A stretch of DNA of 64,000 nucleotides from Bifidobacteriaceae bacterium (GCA_031281585.1 JAITFE010000035.1:7183-71182), one strand, 5' to 3'. Counted from the first letter of the stretch, positions 30,158-39,402 are shown. Notes: generated by a model from the sequence alone, not told the origin. A program made the numbers and translations.

Positions 30158-31696
30158 TTAGGTCGTTACTTGGGTTGGGGTAGGGGTTTTGCAAGCTAGG
30201 TGCCCGATGCCGTCCGCCCCCGCCCACGGCACCGGCTCACGTTGGGTTTCGGTACGGGCGACGAGGGAACCGCCCTTGAACACCAGCCGTTCGGGCGGCG
30301 CGAAGGCGACCAGTTCTTGGGGCGAGCGGGCGCGGGCCACCAGCAGGTCGGCGGCGGCGCCGGGCGCGGGGCCGGCCGGGCCCAGGCCCAGCGTGGACCG
30401 GGCGGCCTGGGTGACGGCGTGCAAAGCCTCGGCGATGGTCAAGTGCGCGCCCGCGACCAGCAGGGCGGCTGTTTCCAGGGGGTCGGGGCGGCCCACCAGG
30501 TTGAAGGCGTCCAGGAGGTTGTCAGCCCCGCCGGCCACGTTGACTCCGGCGTCCAGCAGGTCCCGCACGGCGGTGATGCCGCGCTGAACGGGCGAGGCGG
30601 CCTCCCGTCCTTGCAGGTAGAGGTTGGTCAACGGCAATGTCACCACGTTGACGCGGGCCTGCGCGAGCTTCGCAGCGGTCGCGGCGATCCGTTCGGGCGG
30701 TTGCAACGCCAACGAGCAGACGTGGTCCACGGTCACCGGTACGCCCAATGCGCCGGCCCGTTCGGCCACGTCCTCCAACAGGAAGTGCGCCGGGTCCAGC
30801 GTCTCGTCCAGGTGCAGGTCCAGCGGGACGCCGCCTTGCGCGGCCGTGTCCAGGATTATGGCGAGCGCCTCGCCGGGCGCCGGGTCGAAGTTCGGCGCCC
30901 CGCCGATCCCGTCCGCCCCGGCTTCGATGGCGCGCTCGATCAAACGGCGCTGGGACAGTCCGTCCCGGCCGGTGACCGGCAGCCCGAAGGAGGGGAAGAC
31001 TTGCAGGTCAACCCAGGGGGCCACGGCCTTCTTGACGGCCAGAAGGCGCTCCAACGGGTCAAGCCCGGTGGCCGCCCCGGTGTCCACATGGGTCCTGAAG
31101 GCGGTCACGCCGGCGGCCAGGCCGTCCGCCAGCACGCGCAGGGCGCGTTCTTCGAGGTCGTGGTAGCGCTCGCGGGGGCCCACGGCCATCCATTTGTCGA
31201 TGGCGCCGGGCAGGTCGCCGCGCGGGTTGGCAACCCTGTCTGCCGTCAGCGCCTTGTCAAGGTGGGTGTGGGGCTCCGCCAAGGCGGCCAGGACCACATA
31301 GCCGGGCAGTTCAAGCACGGTGTGGCGCCCGGCCTTCGCCGCGCCCTGGGGCGCGACCCGCTCCACCACCCCCCCGGTGATCACCACGTCGCTGGGGGCG
31401 TCCAAGAGTTGGCCCCGGACGGGCCGGACCCCGCGCAGGATCCAGTCGCGCTCGGCGTGGTCAACGCTCGCGGCAGGCGGGGTTCGAGCCGCATGCGGCC
31501 CACCTTGGGCTGGGGCTGGTGCTGCGGCGGGCGGGGTTCGAGCCGCATGCGGCCCGCTCTGGGCTGGGGCGGCGCCGCCGGGGTGAGCCGACTGCGGCTG
31601 TCCGGAGCCGACCGGCCCGCTGGCGGCGCGCGCCGGTACCGGCGACGGCTGCTCGCCGGCCGGCCCGGACGGCTTTGGGTCCCCGGGCCCGCTCAT
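30158..31696 (-). CDS. Amidohydrolase, cytosine-deaminase-like
   Basis: The EPHTHLDKA metal-binding motif is present, with further His/Asp blocks (DLHLDE, VDHVCSL). An ATGA overlap with the permease stop supports the start at 31696. About 75 aa of low-complexity N-terminus contains a 54-nt duplication. Confidence 0.8.
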   Translation of the reverse strand: MSGPGDPKPSGPAGEQPSPVPARAASGPVGSGQPQSAHPGGAAPAQSGPHAARTPPAAAPAPAQGGPHAARTPPAASVDHAERDWILRGVRPVRGQLLDAPSDVVITGGVVERVAPQGAAKAGRHTVLELPGYVVLAALAEPHTHLDKALTADRVANPRGDLPGAIDKWMAVGPRERYHDLEERALRVLADGLAAGVTAFRTHVDTGAATGLDPLERLLAVKKAVAPWVDLQVFPSFGLPVTGRDGLSQRRLIERAIEAGADGIGGAPNFDPAPGEALAIILDTAAQGGVPLDLHLDETLDPAHFLLEDVAERAGALGVPVTVDHVCSLALQPPERIAATAAKLAQARVNVVTLPLTNLYLQGREAASPVQRGITAVRDLLDAGVNVAGGADNLLDAFNLVGRPDPLETAALLVAGAHLTIAEALHAVTQAARSTLGLGPAGPAPGAAADLLVARARSPQELVAFAPPERLVFKGGSLVARTETQREPVPWAGADGIGHLACKTPTPTQVTT

Positions 31697-32598
31697 GCTT
31701 CGCGCCCCGCGCCGGCCCGCCGGCCGGTCTCATGCCACTTGCCCACCACCGCCTGCGACAGCAGGCCGAACGCCCAGAACACGGCGATCCCGAAGCTTGA
31801 GGCCAAGATCACCCCGGCGAACAACTGCGCGGAACGCAGGTGCTGGGTGTAGGCGTCCAACAGGCGCCCGATCCCGGCCTGGCCGTGCCGGAAGAAGTAG
31901 TCACCGACTATGGCGCCGGTGACGGACAGCCCGGCGGAGATCCGCCAGCCCGCCAGCACTGACGGCAGGGCGCCCGGGATCAGCAGCTTGAGGACCTTGT
32001 CGCGCCAGGAGGCGCCGTAAAGGCGGAACAGGTCGCGGTGCGCCTCGGTGGCGGACTGCAAGCCGAACAGCGTGTTGGTGATGATGGGGAAGAGCGCGAT
32101 CATCACGCAGACCAGGACCCGTGAGCCGAAACCGTAGCCGAACCAGAAGCTGATCAGCGGAACCAAAGCCAGGATCGGGATGGTTTGGAGGATCACGGCC
32201 CACGGGTAGATGGACCGTTCCAGCCAGATCGCCTGGCTCATCGCCAGCGCGACGAGCGACCCGAGCACTATCGCTATGGCCAGCCCGACCACCGCGACCG
32301 ATGCCGTCTGCGACAAGCCCGCCAGCAACTCGCCCCGGTTGCGGTCATCCAGGAACCCGATCCGGACCACGTCGCTGGGCGGAGGCAGGATGAACCGGCG
32401 GGCCGGGCTCATGATTTGCGTGGAGAAGTACTCCCAGAAGGCCAGCAAGACGACGGTGGTCACCACCGGCAGAGCCAGGTTCTTGGCCCGTTTGCGCAAG
32501 CGCGCGGTCCAGGGCGCGCGCCCCGCCGGCGCGGGGCCGCCGTTCTTTGGGTTCGCGTCCGGTTTGCGCCGGAGCGCGGGGGCGGCCGGGGCGCTCAT
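31693..32598 (-). CDS. ABC transporter permease (NitT/TauT-type)
   Basis: The protein has six hydrophobic segments. It shares 4-nt overlaps with both flanking genes of the ABC operon. I did not verify a specific permease signature motif. Confidence 0.85.
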   Translation of the reverse strand: MSAPAAPALRRKPDANPKNGGPAPAGRAPWTARLRKRAKNLALPVVTTVVLLAFWEYFSTQIMSPARRFILPPPSDVVRIGFLDDRNRGELLAGLSQTASVAVVGLAIAIVLGSLVALAMSQAIWLERSIYPWAVILQTIPILALVPLISFWFGYGFGSRVLVCVMIALFPIITNTLFGLQSATEAHRDLFRLYGASWRDKVLKLLIPGALPSVLAGWRISAGLSVTGAIVGDYFFRHGQAGIGRLLDAYTQHLRSAQLFAGVILASSFGIAVFWAFGLLSQAVVGKWHETGRRAGAGREA

Positions 32599-33389
32599 GA
32601 CGCGCCCGCCGTCGTGGCCTTGTGACGTAGCGCGTGGGTGACCTCTGCGACCGCCCCGGCGTAGGCCGAACTGAGCCGGAACTCCGGGTCGCGAGGTTGC
32701 GCCGCCGCCACCGGTATCTCCGCCACGATCCGCCCGGGGCGAGCCGACATCACCAGCACGCGGCTGGACAGGTACACGGCTTCCGCCACGGAGTGGGTCA
32801 CGAACACGCCCGCGAAGCGTTGGCGGGCCGCCAACGCGCTCAGTTCGTCGCCCAGGTTCTGACGGGTGATCTCATCCAGCGCGGCGAACGGCTCGTCGAA
32901 CAAGAAAACGTCCGGTTCGCCGGTCAGCGCGCGGGCCAGCGACACGCGCATGCGCATGCCACCGGACAGCGTGGCCGGGAGAGCCTGTTCAAAGCCGCCC
33001 AGGCCGGTCAACTCGATGGCCCAGGCGACTTTGGCGGCCCGCTCGGCCCGGGGCGCGTGGGCCAACTCGAGCCCCAAGCCGATGTTCGCCGCCACCGACC
33101 GCCACGGCAGCAAGGTCGGGTCCTGGAAGACGTAGCCGATCGAGTTGGTCGCGCTCACAATCCGGCCCGCGGTGGGACGGTCCAGTTTGGCGGCCAACCG
33201 CAGCAGGGTCGACTTCCCGCAGCCGGACGGCCCCACAATGGCGACGAACTCGCCCGGCTTGATCGTCAGCGAGGTGGGCGCCAAGGCCTCCACCCCGCCC
33301 GGGAACACCCGGCCGATCTCCTGAAAGTCCAGCACGCCGGCTTGGACGGGGGCGTCGGCGCGCCCTTCGAGTTGGGAAACCGCGGTCAT
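32595..33389 (-). CDS. ABC transporter ATP-binding protein
   Basis: Walker A is GPSGCGKST, the signature is LSGGMRMRV and Walker B is VFLFDEP. The ATG at 33389 overlaps the upstream stop. The ORF extension to 33947 is Arg/Pro-rich and rejected. Confidence 0.9.
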   Translation of the reverse strand: MTAVSQLEGRADAPVQAGVLDFQEIGRVFPGGVEALAPTSLTIKPGEFVAIVGPSGCGKSTLLRLAAKLDRPTAGRIVSATNSIGYVFQDPTLLPWRSVAANIGLGLELAHAPRAERAAKVAWAIELTGLGGFEQALPATLSGGMRMRVSLARALTGEPDVFLFDEPFAALDEITRQNLGDELSALAARQRFAGVFVTHSVAEAVYLSSRVLVMSARPGRIVAEIPVAAAQPRDPEFRLSSAYAGAVAEVTHALRHKATTAGAS

Positions 33390-34408
33390 GACGCACCACC
33401 CTGAATCGGCTTGTAGCGGGAACGGAGGAACAGCAGGTCGCCTGCCTTGCGCACGCTGATCAACTGTGAGACCGGGGCGGCCTCGGGCTGGAACGCCACG
33501 CCTTCCACCACCGTGGGCCGGTGGGCGTTCGGGGCGGCGCCGATCACCAGGGGCGACAGGGTGAAGAACTCCTCGTGGATCGCGCCGGCGGCCAAGAACC
33601 GGGCGTAGACCGTTGGCCCGCCCTCGCAAATGATCCGGCGGGCGCCGTACTTGGCGTGCAGCCGGGCGACCAGTTCGTTCGGATCCACCCAGTCGGCATC
33701 GAAAACCTCCACCGCGATGTCGGTGCGGCCCGCCTGAGCCGAGGCGTCGCGGGCCGGGCCGGCCGGTGGCGTGGCCGGAGACTGGGCGCCCCGGCGGGTT
33801 GGCCGCGCGGGCGGATCGCTGAGGCCGGGCTCGGGGACCGAGTCGGGCGCCGGTCCGGCGGGGGACCCGGAACTGGCGAACTCGATGGCGGCGCGGGCGC
33901 CCCGGCGGGTGGTGGCGATCACGGCCTTGGAGCCGGGGCGGCGCCACACGTCCGCGTCGGGGCGCACCCGGCCGCTGGCGGACAAGATGACCGGGAGCAT
34001 TTCGGGGCGCAGGCCCTCTTGGCGGCGGAGTTCGGCCAGCGGCTCCGCCAGGGCCGGCTCGGTCGAACCGACCGTGAAACCGACCTCGGGCGCGATCAGC
34101 AGGGAGGCGTCGCCCAGCACGCAGGCGTCCGCGCGGCCGCGCAGCAGCGCCATCAGCCAGCGGTCGTTGTCAATCCCGACCGGCAGTTGGTCCGGCAGGT
34201 AGGCGCCGGGCTGGTTGAAACTGACTCGGCCGTCGCGTGAGACGATGAAATTCGAATAGACGTAGGGCTCATCGGCCGGCAGGGTCCACGGACCGTAGAC
34301 GTCGGCGAACGGCTCCGGGAGCGCGGCGCCGGTCGCGGCGTCTTCCGCCTCGAACAGTTGCTCGAAGGGGAACCCAGGGGCCTTTGGGCCTGCGGCCTGT
34401 GTTGTCAT
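33386..34408 (-). CDS. RibD C-terminal domain / dihydrofolate-reductase-like reductase
   Basis: SNFIVSRDGRVSF and RIICEGGPTVYARFLAAGAIHEEFFTLSPLVIG motifs are present. About 50 aa of Pro/Ala-rich insertion lies mid-protein. Confidence 0.7.
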   Translation of the reverse strand: MTTQAAGPKAPGFPFEQLFEAEDAATGAALPEPFADVYGPWTLPADEPYVYSNFIVSRDGRVSFNQPGAYLPDQLPVGIDNDRWLMALLRGRADACVLGDASLLIAPEVGFTVGSTEPALAEPLAELRRQEGLRPEMLPVILSASGRVRPDADVWRRPGSKAVIATTRRGARAAIEFASSGSPAGPAPDSVPEPGLSDPPARPTRRGAQSPATPPAGPARDASAQAGRTDIAVEVFDADWVDPNELVARLHAKYGARRIICEGGPTVYARFLAAGAIHEEFFTLSPLVIGAAPNAHRPTVVEGVAFQPEAAPVSQLISVRKAGDLLFLRSRYKPIQGGAS

Positions 34409-34655
34409 GATCCGTATCTCAGGTGGGGCCAGCGGTCCGCCGGCGGTCGAATGTGGGAATGCGAGGGGGAGACTTCAGCCAGGTCAGCGCATTCGCCCGG
34501 ACATTCGGGCAGGACAGCGTGCGGCGGACAGGGGACGCCGCTGGATCGCTGTGCTCTGGATCACAGGAGGAGTGTGGTGGCCCCGGCGTTCGGCGTCAAC
34601 GCGAGGCTCTGAACAGCCAGTCCGGTCGGGCTGAAAACGCGGGTCAGGGCCGTCT

Positions 34656-35501
34656 TTACAATTCTCCGCATTCTGGCCGCTCTGCCGTGGCCACGGCCGG
34701 GAACGCGAACAGCAACCCCCGGCCGTCCGGCCGCTCCACCAATTCGCACGGCAAACCATAGACCCGCTCCACCAAGGCGCTGGTCAGGACCCGGTCGGCG
34801 GGGCCGTCCGCCAGCACCCGCCCGCCCGCCAGCGCCACCACGCGGTCCGCCACCGCCGCCGCAAAGGCCAAGTCGTGGACCGCCGCCATCACGGCCAGCC
34901 CGTCGGCCGCCAGGGCGCGCAGCCGCGCCGCCAACTCGGCGCGGGCTTTGACGTCGAGGTGCGCGTCCGGCTCGTCCAACAGCAACACCGCCGGGGTTTG
35001 GGCCAGCGCCCGCGCCAGCCGCACCCGTTGGCGTTCGCCGTCGGAGAGCGTCGCGAAGCCCCTTTCGGCCAGTTCGGCCACGCCCGTCCGGGCCATTGCG
35101 CCAAGGACCACCTCGTCATCCCGCCGGCTGGGCTGGGCGAGGGCCGGCCGGTGCGGGTAGCGCCCAAGCTCCACAACCGCGCGCACGCGCAAAGCGGGAT
35201 CCGGCTCCTCTTCGGCGGCCACCAGCGCCAGGCGCTGGGCCCGCTGGCGCGGGCTGAGGGCCAAGAGGTCGTCGCCGTCCAAGAGGACCCGGCCGTTGGC
35301 TTTGACCAGGCCGCACACGGCGCGCAACAGCGTCGACTTGCCCGCCCCGTTGGCGCCGATCACGGCCGTGACCTCGCCCGCCGCCGCGTGGATGGCGGTC
35401 GCGTGAAGCAAATGCCGCCCGTCCACGCGGACCGACAGGTCCCGTGCCGCGAGGCCTGGCCGCGTTGCCGGCTGGCGGTGCTGGGGGGTGGGGGACGTCA
35501 T
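34656..35501 (-). CDS. Iron-siderophore/cobalamin-type ABC ATP-binding protein (FecE-like)
   Basis: Walker A is GANGAGKST, the signature is LSDGERQRV and Walker B is LLLLDEP. The ATG at 35501 overlaps the permease stop. Confidence 0.88.
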   Translation of the reverse strand: MTSPTPQHRQPATRPGLAARDLSVRVDGRHLLHATAIHAAAGEVTAVIGANGAGKSTLLRAVCGLVKANGRVLLDGDDLLALSPRQRAQRLALVAAEEEPDPALRVRAVVELGRYPHRPALAQPSRRDDEVVLGAMARTGVAELAERGFATLSDGERQRVRLARALAQTPAVLLLDEPDAHLDVKARAELAARLRALAADGLAVMAAVHDLAFAAAVADRVVALAGGRVLADGPADRVLTSALVERVYGLPCELVERPDGRGLLFAFPAVATAERPECGEL

Positions 35502-36838
35502 CGGACAACGCCTCTTGAGCGGGCGAGGATCCAGGCGAACACGGGCGCGCCGATCCCGGCGGTGACAATGCCCACGGGCAGTTCGGCCGGGGCGATGGCC
35601 AGGCGCGCCAACGTGTCCGCGGCCAGGAGGAAGACCGCGCCCGTGGCGGTGGCCAGGGCCAGGGCGGAGCGGGCGGACGGCCCGATGGTCAGGCGCACAA
35701 TGTGGGGGACCACCAATCCCACAAAGCCGACCGCGCCGGACTGGCAGACCATGGCGCCCGTCAGGAGGGCCACCGCGACAAGGATCAGGCGGCGGGTCGC
35801 CCCCACCCGAACCCCCAAGGCGGCAGCCGCTTGGTCGCCAAAACCGAAGGCGGCCAAAGTGGGCCCCAACCGGACCAAGACCGGGGCCGCCAGCGCGAGA
35901 GCGCCGCCCGTGATCGCCACCGAATACCAGGTCGACCCGGCCAAAGAACCCATCAGCCAACCCATGACCTCGCGGAAGGCGTCCCCCCGGCTGGATGTGA
36001 ACACCACCAGGGAAACCAGCGCGGAAGCCCCCTGGCCCACGGCCAGGCCCGCCAGGATGGCGCGGGTCGGCGTCAACCGGCCCATGGCCGCCGCCAAACC
36101 GAGCGCGGCGGCGAGCGCCGCCGCCGCGCCTGCGAAGGCGGCCAGTGGCAGAAGCAGCGTCAAGCCGCTGAGCAGCACCAACACCGCCCCGAGCGATGCG
36201 CCCGAGGACAGGCCGAGCAAGTACGGATCGGCCAGCGGATTCCGCGTCAGCCCCTGGGTCACCGCGCCCGCCAAGGCGAGGCCCGCGCCCACCGCCGCCG
36301 CCGTGAGCGCTCGCGGCAACCTGATCTGCCAAACGATGGTGTGGGCTGTGGAGCCGTCCGGGGCCTCGCCGCCGGTCCCGAGAAACGCCGCCCACAACTC
36401 GGCCGGGCCCAGCTGGACCGGCCCCAGCGCCACGGCCGCCGCCAAAGCCAGGGCCAGCGCGATCAGGACGAGCGCCCAATAGACGGGTGTCTTCAGGGCC
36501 CGGCGGCCACGGCGGGGCGGCTGGGCGCTGGAACCGCCGCCCGGTCGGCGGGAAACGCCTGCGCTGACGGCTCGGGCCGGGCGGGGCTCGCGCGCCTGGC
36601 CCAAGCCGGCACCGGCTCGCCGGGCGGGCATCGGCGCGGCAGGGCCGGTGGCGCCAGCGGGATGCTGGGTGGGCTCCGGCGCCTCGGCGGGGCCGTTGTC
36701 GCGGGACGGATGGGGTTTCGGGGCGGGGCTGGCGCTGGCAGTTGGGCGTGGGCCGGGCGCTGGGGCCTTGACGGCATCGGCGCCGTTTTGCCGGCCAAGC
36801 GGTGGAGCCCCGGCCGGGCCGGTGCGCGTGTCGGTCAC
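35498..36838 (-). CDS. FecCD-family ABC permease
   Basis: IRLPRALTAAAVGAGLALAGAVTQGLTRNPLADPYLLG is the FecCD signature region. The GTG at 36838 forms a GTGA overlap with the binding-protein stop, and GC3 stays high upstream. An alternative ATG at 36631 would remove about 70 aa of Pro/Ala-rich N-terminus. Confidence 0.82.
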   Translation of the reverse strand: MTDTRTGPAGAPPLGRQNGADAVKAPAPGPRPTASASPAPKPHPSRDNGPAEAPEPTQHPAGATGPAAPMPARRAGAGLGQAREPRPARAVSAGVSRRPGGGSSAQPPRRGRRALKTPVYWALVLIALALALAAAVALGPVQLGPAELWAAFLGTGGEAPDGSTAHTIVWQIRLPRALTAAAVGAGLALAGAVTQGLTRNPLADPYLLGLSSGASLGAVLVLLSGLTLLLPLAAFAGAAAALAAALGLAAAMGRLTPTRAILAGLAVGQGASALVSLVVFTSSRGDAFREVMGWLMGSLAGSTWYSVAITGGALALAAPVLVRLGPTLAAFGFGDQAAAALGVRVGATRRLILVAVALLTGAMVCQSGAVGFVGLVVPHIVRLTIGPSARSALALATATGAVFLLAADTLARLAIAPAELPVGIVTAGIGAPVFAWILARSRGVVR

Positions 36839-38067
36839 GGCAGGTCCAACGCGCTTAGCTGTTGGGCGAGGTCCTGGGCGGCTTGCACCGTGCGGACTCC
36901 CGCCTCGGTGGCCGCGAACGGGACGGTCACGTAGCGCTTGGCTTTGACGGCGGCGAGGTCCCGCGTCAGCGGCGAGCCCTCGAGGAACTCGATCTTGTGC
37001 GCCGCGCTGTTCCAAGTCGAGTCCACCAACACCAGCACCGCCGGGTCGGCCGCCGCGACTGCCTCCCACGAATAGGAGGTCCAGGACCCGGGCTCCCCGG
37101 CGGCTATGTTGGCCAGGCCCGCCGCGTCCATGATCAACTGGGGCGCGCCCGCGCCGGCGCCCACGTACGGGGTGTCGGTGGCCGAAGACCACCACAGCGC
37201 CGTGTTGCCGCCGCCGGTCGGCGCGATGCTCGCGAGGGCCGACCGCTGATCGGCGACCAGTCGGGCAGCCGCGTCCGGAGCGCCGAACACGTCGCCCGCC
37301 TCCGTGATCGCGTCGAAGATGTGCTCAAAAGTCAGCGGCGAGGGCTCGTAGCCTTCGGCCCGGCAAGCGGCCGGGGCCACATAAGTGCCAATCCCCAGGG
37401 ACTCCAAACGCTCCCGTTCGGCGATCCCGGTCGCGGTCAGCGTGGACTCCCAACCCGCGAAGACGAAGTCCGGCTCCAAGCCCACCACGGCCTCAAGGGA
37501 TGGCACCTTTTCCGCCAGGGGCTGCGCCACGGCGGCGGCGGCCCCCGGCTGATCCGCCAGCCACTCCGGCAAGGGGCCGTCCAAGTAGGCGCTCCCCGCG
37601 ATCCGCTCCCCCAGCCCCAGGGCAATCAACAACTCCACGGTGGCGGACTTGACCGCGACGATCCGCTGGGGCGGCGCGTCCACCGTCACCTCATGCCCGC
37701 AGTTGTCAACCGTCAAGGGGTAGGCGGGAGTGGGGGCCGCAGCGTTGGTCGGGGCGCTGGTCGGGGCCGAATCGGCCGGGGGCGGGGAGGCGCAGGCCCC
37801 GGCGGCCACCACGGCCAAGGCGGCCAGCCCGGCGTGGACCCGGCCAACGGCCCGGCGGACCCTGGCGTCAAAGCGCGGAACCTTGGCGTCCAAGCGCGGG
37901 CCCCTGGGACCCACCTGATGGCCACGGGCGTCCAAACGCGGAGGCCAGGCACCCAGCTGCGGGGCCTTGGTGCCCACACGCGGGCCCTTGTGACCCAACT
38001 GCGGGCCCCTGGCGTCTAAGCGCGGAAGCCTGGCCGCCAAGCGCGGGGCCTTGGTGCCCAACCGCAT
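36835..38067 (-). CDS. Siderophore/cobalamin-type periplasmic binding lipoprotein
   Basis: The lipobox is AAGACAS and a PBP type-2 like core follows (RIVAVKSATVELLIALGLGERIAG). The start is uncertain (ATG at 38067, or an internal GTG/TTG within the heptad repeats). Confidence 0.78.
   Translation of the reverse strand: MRLGTKAPRLAARLPRLDARGPQLGHKGPRVGTKAPQLGAWPPRLDARGHQVGPRGPRLDAKVPRFDARVRRAVGRVHAGLAALAVVAAGACASPPPADSAPTSAPTNAAAPTPAYPLTVDNCGHEVTVDAPPQRIVAVKSATVELLIALGLGERIAGSAYLDGPLPEWLADQPGAAAAVAQPLAEKVPSLEAVVGLEPDFVFAGWESTLTATGIAERERLESLGIGTYVAPAACRAEGYEPSPLTFEHIFDAITEAGDVFGAPDAAARLVADQRSALASIAPTGGGNTALWWSSATDTPYVGAGAGAPQLIMDAAGLANIAAGEPGSWTSYSWEAVAAADPAVLVLVDSTWNSAAHKIEFLEGSPLTRDLAAVKAKRYVTVPFAATEAGVRTVQAAQDLAQQLSALDLP
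37861..38049. repeat. Nine 21-nt tandem repeats (consensus CYTGGCGTCCAAGCGCGGGCC on + strand)
   Basis: In the minus frame they read as heptads APRLAAR, LPRLDAR, GPQLGHK, GPRVGTK, APQLGAW, PPRLDAR, GHQVGPR, GPRLDAK and VPRFDAR. They lie immediately before the lipoprotein signal peptide. Confidence 0.75.
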
Positions 38068-38396
38068 GGCCCGGAAACCGAAGTTTGTAAAGGCGGATCT
38101 GGCGCGTTTCCGGCTGTCGGCCCCTGACCAGGGTGTTCGCGGGTTCTGGGCCGCCGCGGCGCGCCGCAGGCGGGGGATTGGCAGTCTGGCCGGCGTGGAG
38201 CGGGCTGAGGAAACGCGAAACATTGGCACGTGGCACCGCCTTCGGCAGTCATTGGGAATTGACGCGGCCAATGCGGCCGTTGTTCGGTCCCCAAGGCGCC
38301 GGGGCGGCCGGGAGACTGATGCGAGGCCCCTCCGGCACGCCGAGGTTAGCACCGGTCGAACCGCCCGTGCGCGGCGGCGTCGTTACACTCGTCCGC

Positions 38397-39398
38397 ATGT
38401 CACCCGTCACCGTTGGCCTGGCGGCCGCATTGGAACAATTCCACCCCAGCGAAATCGTCGAAACGGCCGCCTACGCCGAGGCGAAGGGGTTCGCCGGCGT
38501 GATGGCCGCGGACCATTTTCAGCCGTGGGTGCCCGCCCAAGGGCATGCCGCCTTTGTCTGGAACGTGCTCGCGGCCTTGGGCGAACGCACCGCCGGCCAG
38601 ATCGCGCCGGGCGTCATCTGCCCGTCCTTCCGCTGGCATCCGGCCATGGTGGCCCAAGCCTCCGCCACATTGGGGGCCATGTACCCGGACAGGCATTGGC
38701 TTGGCCTGGGGTCGGGGGAGGCCCTCAACGAGCATGTGGTGGGCGGCTACTGGCCCGAGGCGCCAACCCGGATCAACCGGATGTTTGAGGCGATCGACCT
38801 GATCAAGAAGCTTTTCGCGGCTTCCGCCGCAGGCAAGGACACCAAATTCCAGGGCCAGTGGTTCACGCTTGAGTCGACCCGCCTGTGGACCATGCCGGCC
38901 GCTCCGCCGCCCATCCTGGTCGCGACGTCCGGGCCGGTCACGGCCAGGCGGGCCGGGAAAACCGTTGACGGCCTGATCACGGTGGGAGCCCCGCTCGAAA
39001 AGCTGGGACGGGTGGCAGAGGCTTTCGCCGCCGGGGCACGGGAAGCGGGCCGGGATCCGGACGCCATGCCCAAAGTGATCCAGGTCCACCTGTCTTGGGC
39101 CCAAACCGACGAGGAGGCCATGGCGAACGCCCTTGACCAGTGGCCCAACGGCGGCATGCGCTTCCCCAAGGGAGACATCCGCTCCCCCCACGAATTCGCC
39201 CAGCTGGCCCGTCAAGTGCGGCCGGAAGACTTCGCCGACAGGATGGTCGTCTCGGCCGATCCGGACGCGCACCGGGCCGCCCTGCAGCGCTACGTGGACG
39301 CGGGCTTCACCCGCCTGTTCATCCACAACGTGGGCCGCAACCAGCGCGAATGGGTCGACGAGTTCGCCCGTTCCGTGCTCCCGAAGTTGGCGGCCTGA
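38397..39398 (+). CDS. fgd: F420-dependent glucose-6-phosphate dehydrogenase-like LLM oxidoreductase
   Basis: LEQFHPSE...ADHFQPW...GLGSGEALNEH blocks parallel mycobacterial Fgd1 as I recall it (SAEQF, DHFQPW, GVGTGEALNE). The ATG is at 38397. Confidence 0.78.
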   Translation: MSPVTVGLAAALEQFHPSEIVETAAYAEAKGFAGVMAADHFQPWVPAQGHAAFVWNVLAALGERTAGQIAPGVICPSFRWHPAMVAQASATLGAMYPDRHWLGLGSGEALNEHVVGGYWPEAPTRINRMFEAIDLIKKLFAASAAGKDTKFQGQWFTLESTRLWTMPAAPPPILVATSGPVTARRAGKTVDGLITVGAPLEKLGRVAEAFAAGAREAGRDPDAMPKVIQVHLSWAQTDEEAMANALDQWPNGGMRFPKGDIRSPHEFAQLARQVRPEDFADRMVVSADPDAHRAALQRYVDAGFTRLFIHNVGRNQREWVDEFARSVLPKLAA

Positions 39399-39402
39399 GG
39401 CG

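Noticed and set aside
33390-33947. N-terminal 186-aa extension of the ABC ATPase ORF (32595..33947). Similar extensions occur at 41061..41432, 55732..56394, 62454..62825 and 38068..38352.
   Set aside because: The extensions are Arg/Pro/Gly-rich and overlap the well-supported upstream gene. Canonical family N-termini begin at internal ATGs that show stop/start coupling or Shine-Dalgarno sites.
34409-34655. Possible TPP or other riboswitch in the leader of the RibD_C/ABC operon. A CUGAGA-like box, CCUGAGAUACGG, lies just before the start codon on the minus strand.
   Set aside because: The CUGAGA box sits immediately 5' of the ATG. The second conserved TPP half (ACCUGAUC..GG..AUGCC.GCG) is not found downstream or upstream of it. 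I could trace no FMN-like elements either. An Infernal scan is needed to be sure.
38343-38361. IdeR-like iron box upstream of the siderophore-type ABC operon / fgd divergent region (AGGTTAGC...).
   Set aside because: Only one half-site (AGGTTAG) matches the TTAGGTTAGGCTAACCTAA consensus, and the other half has essentially no matches.
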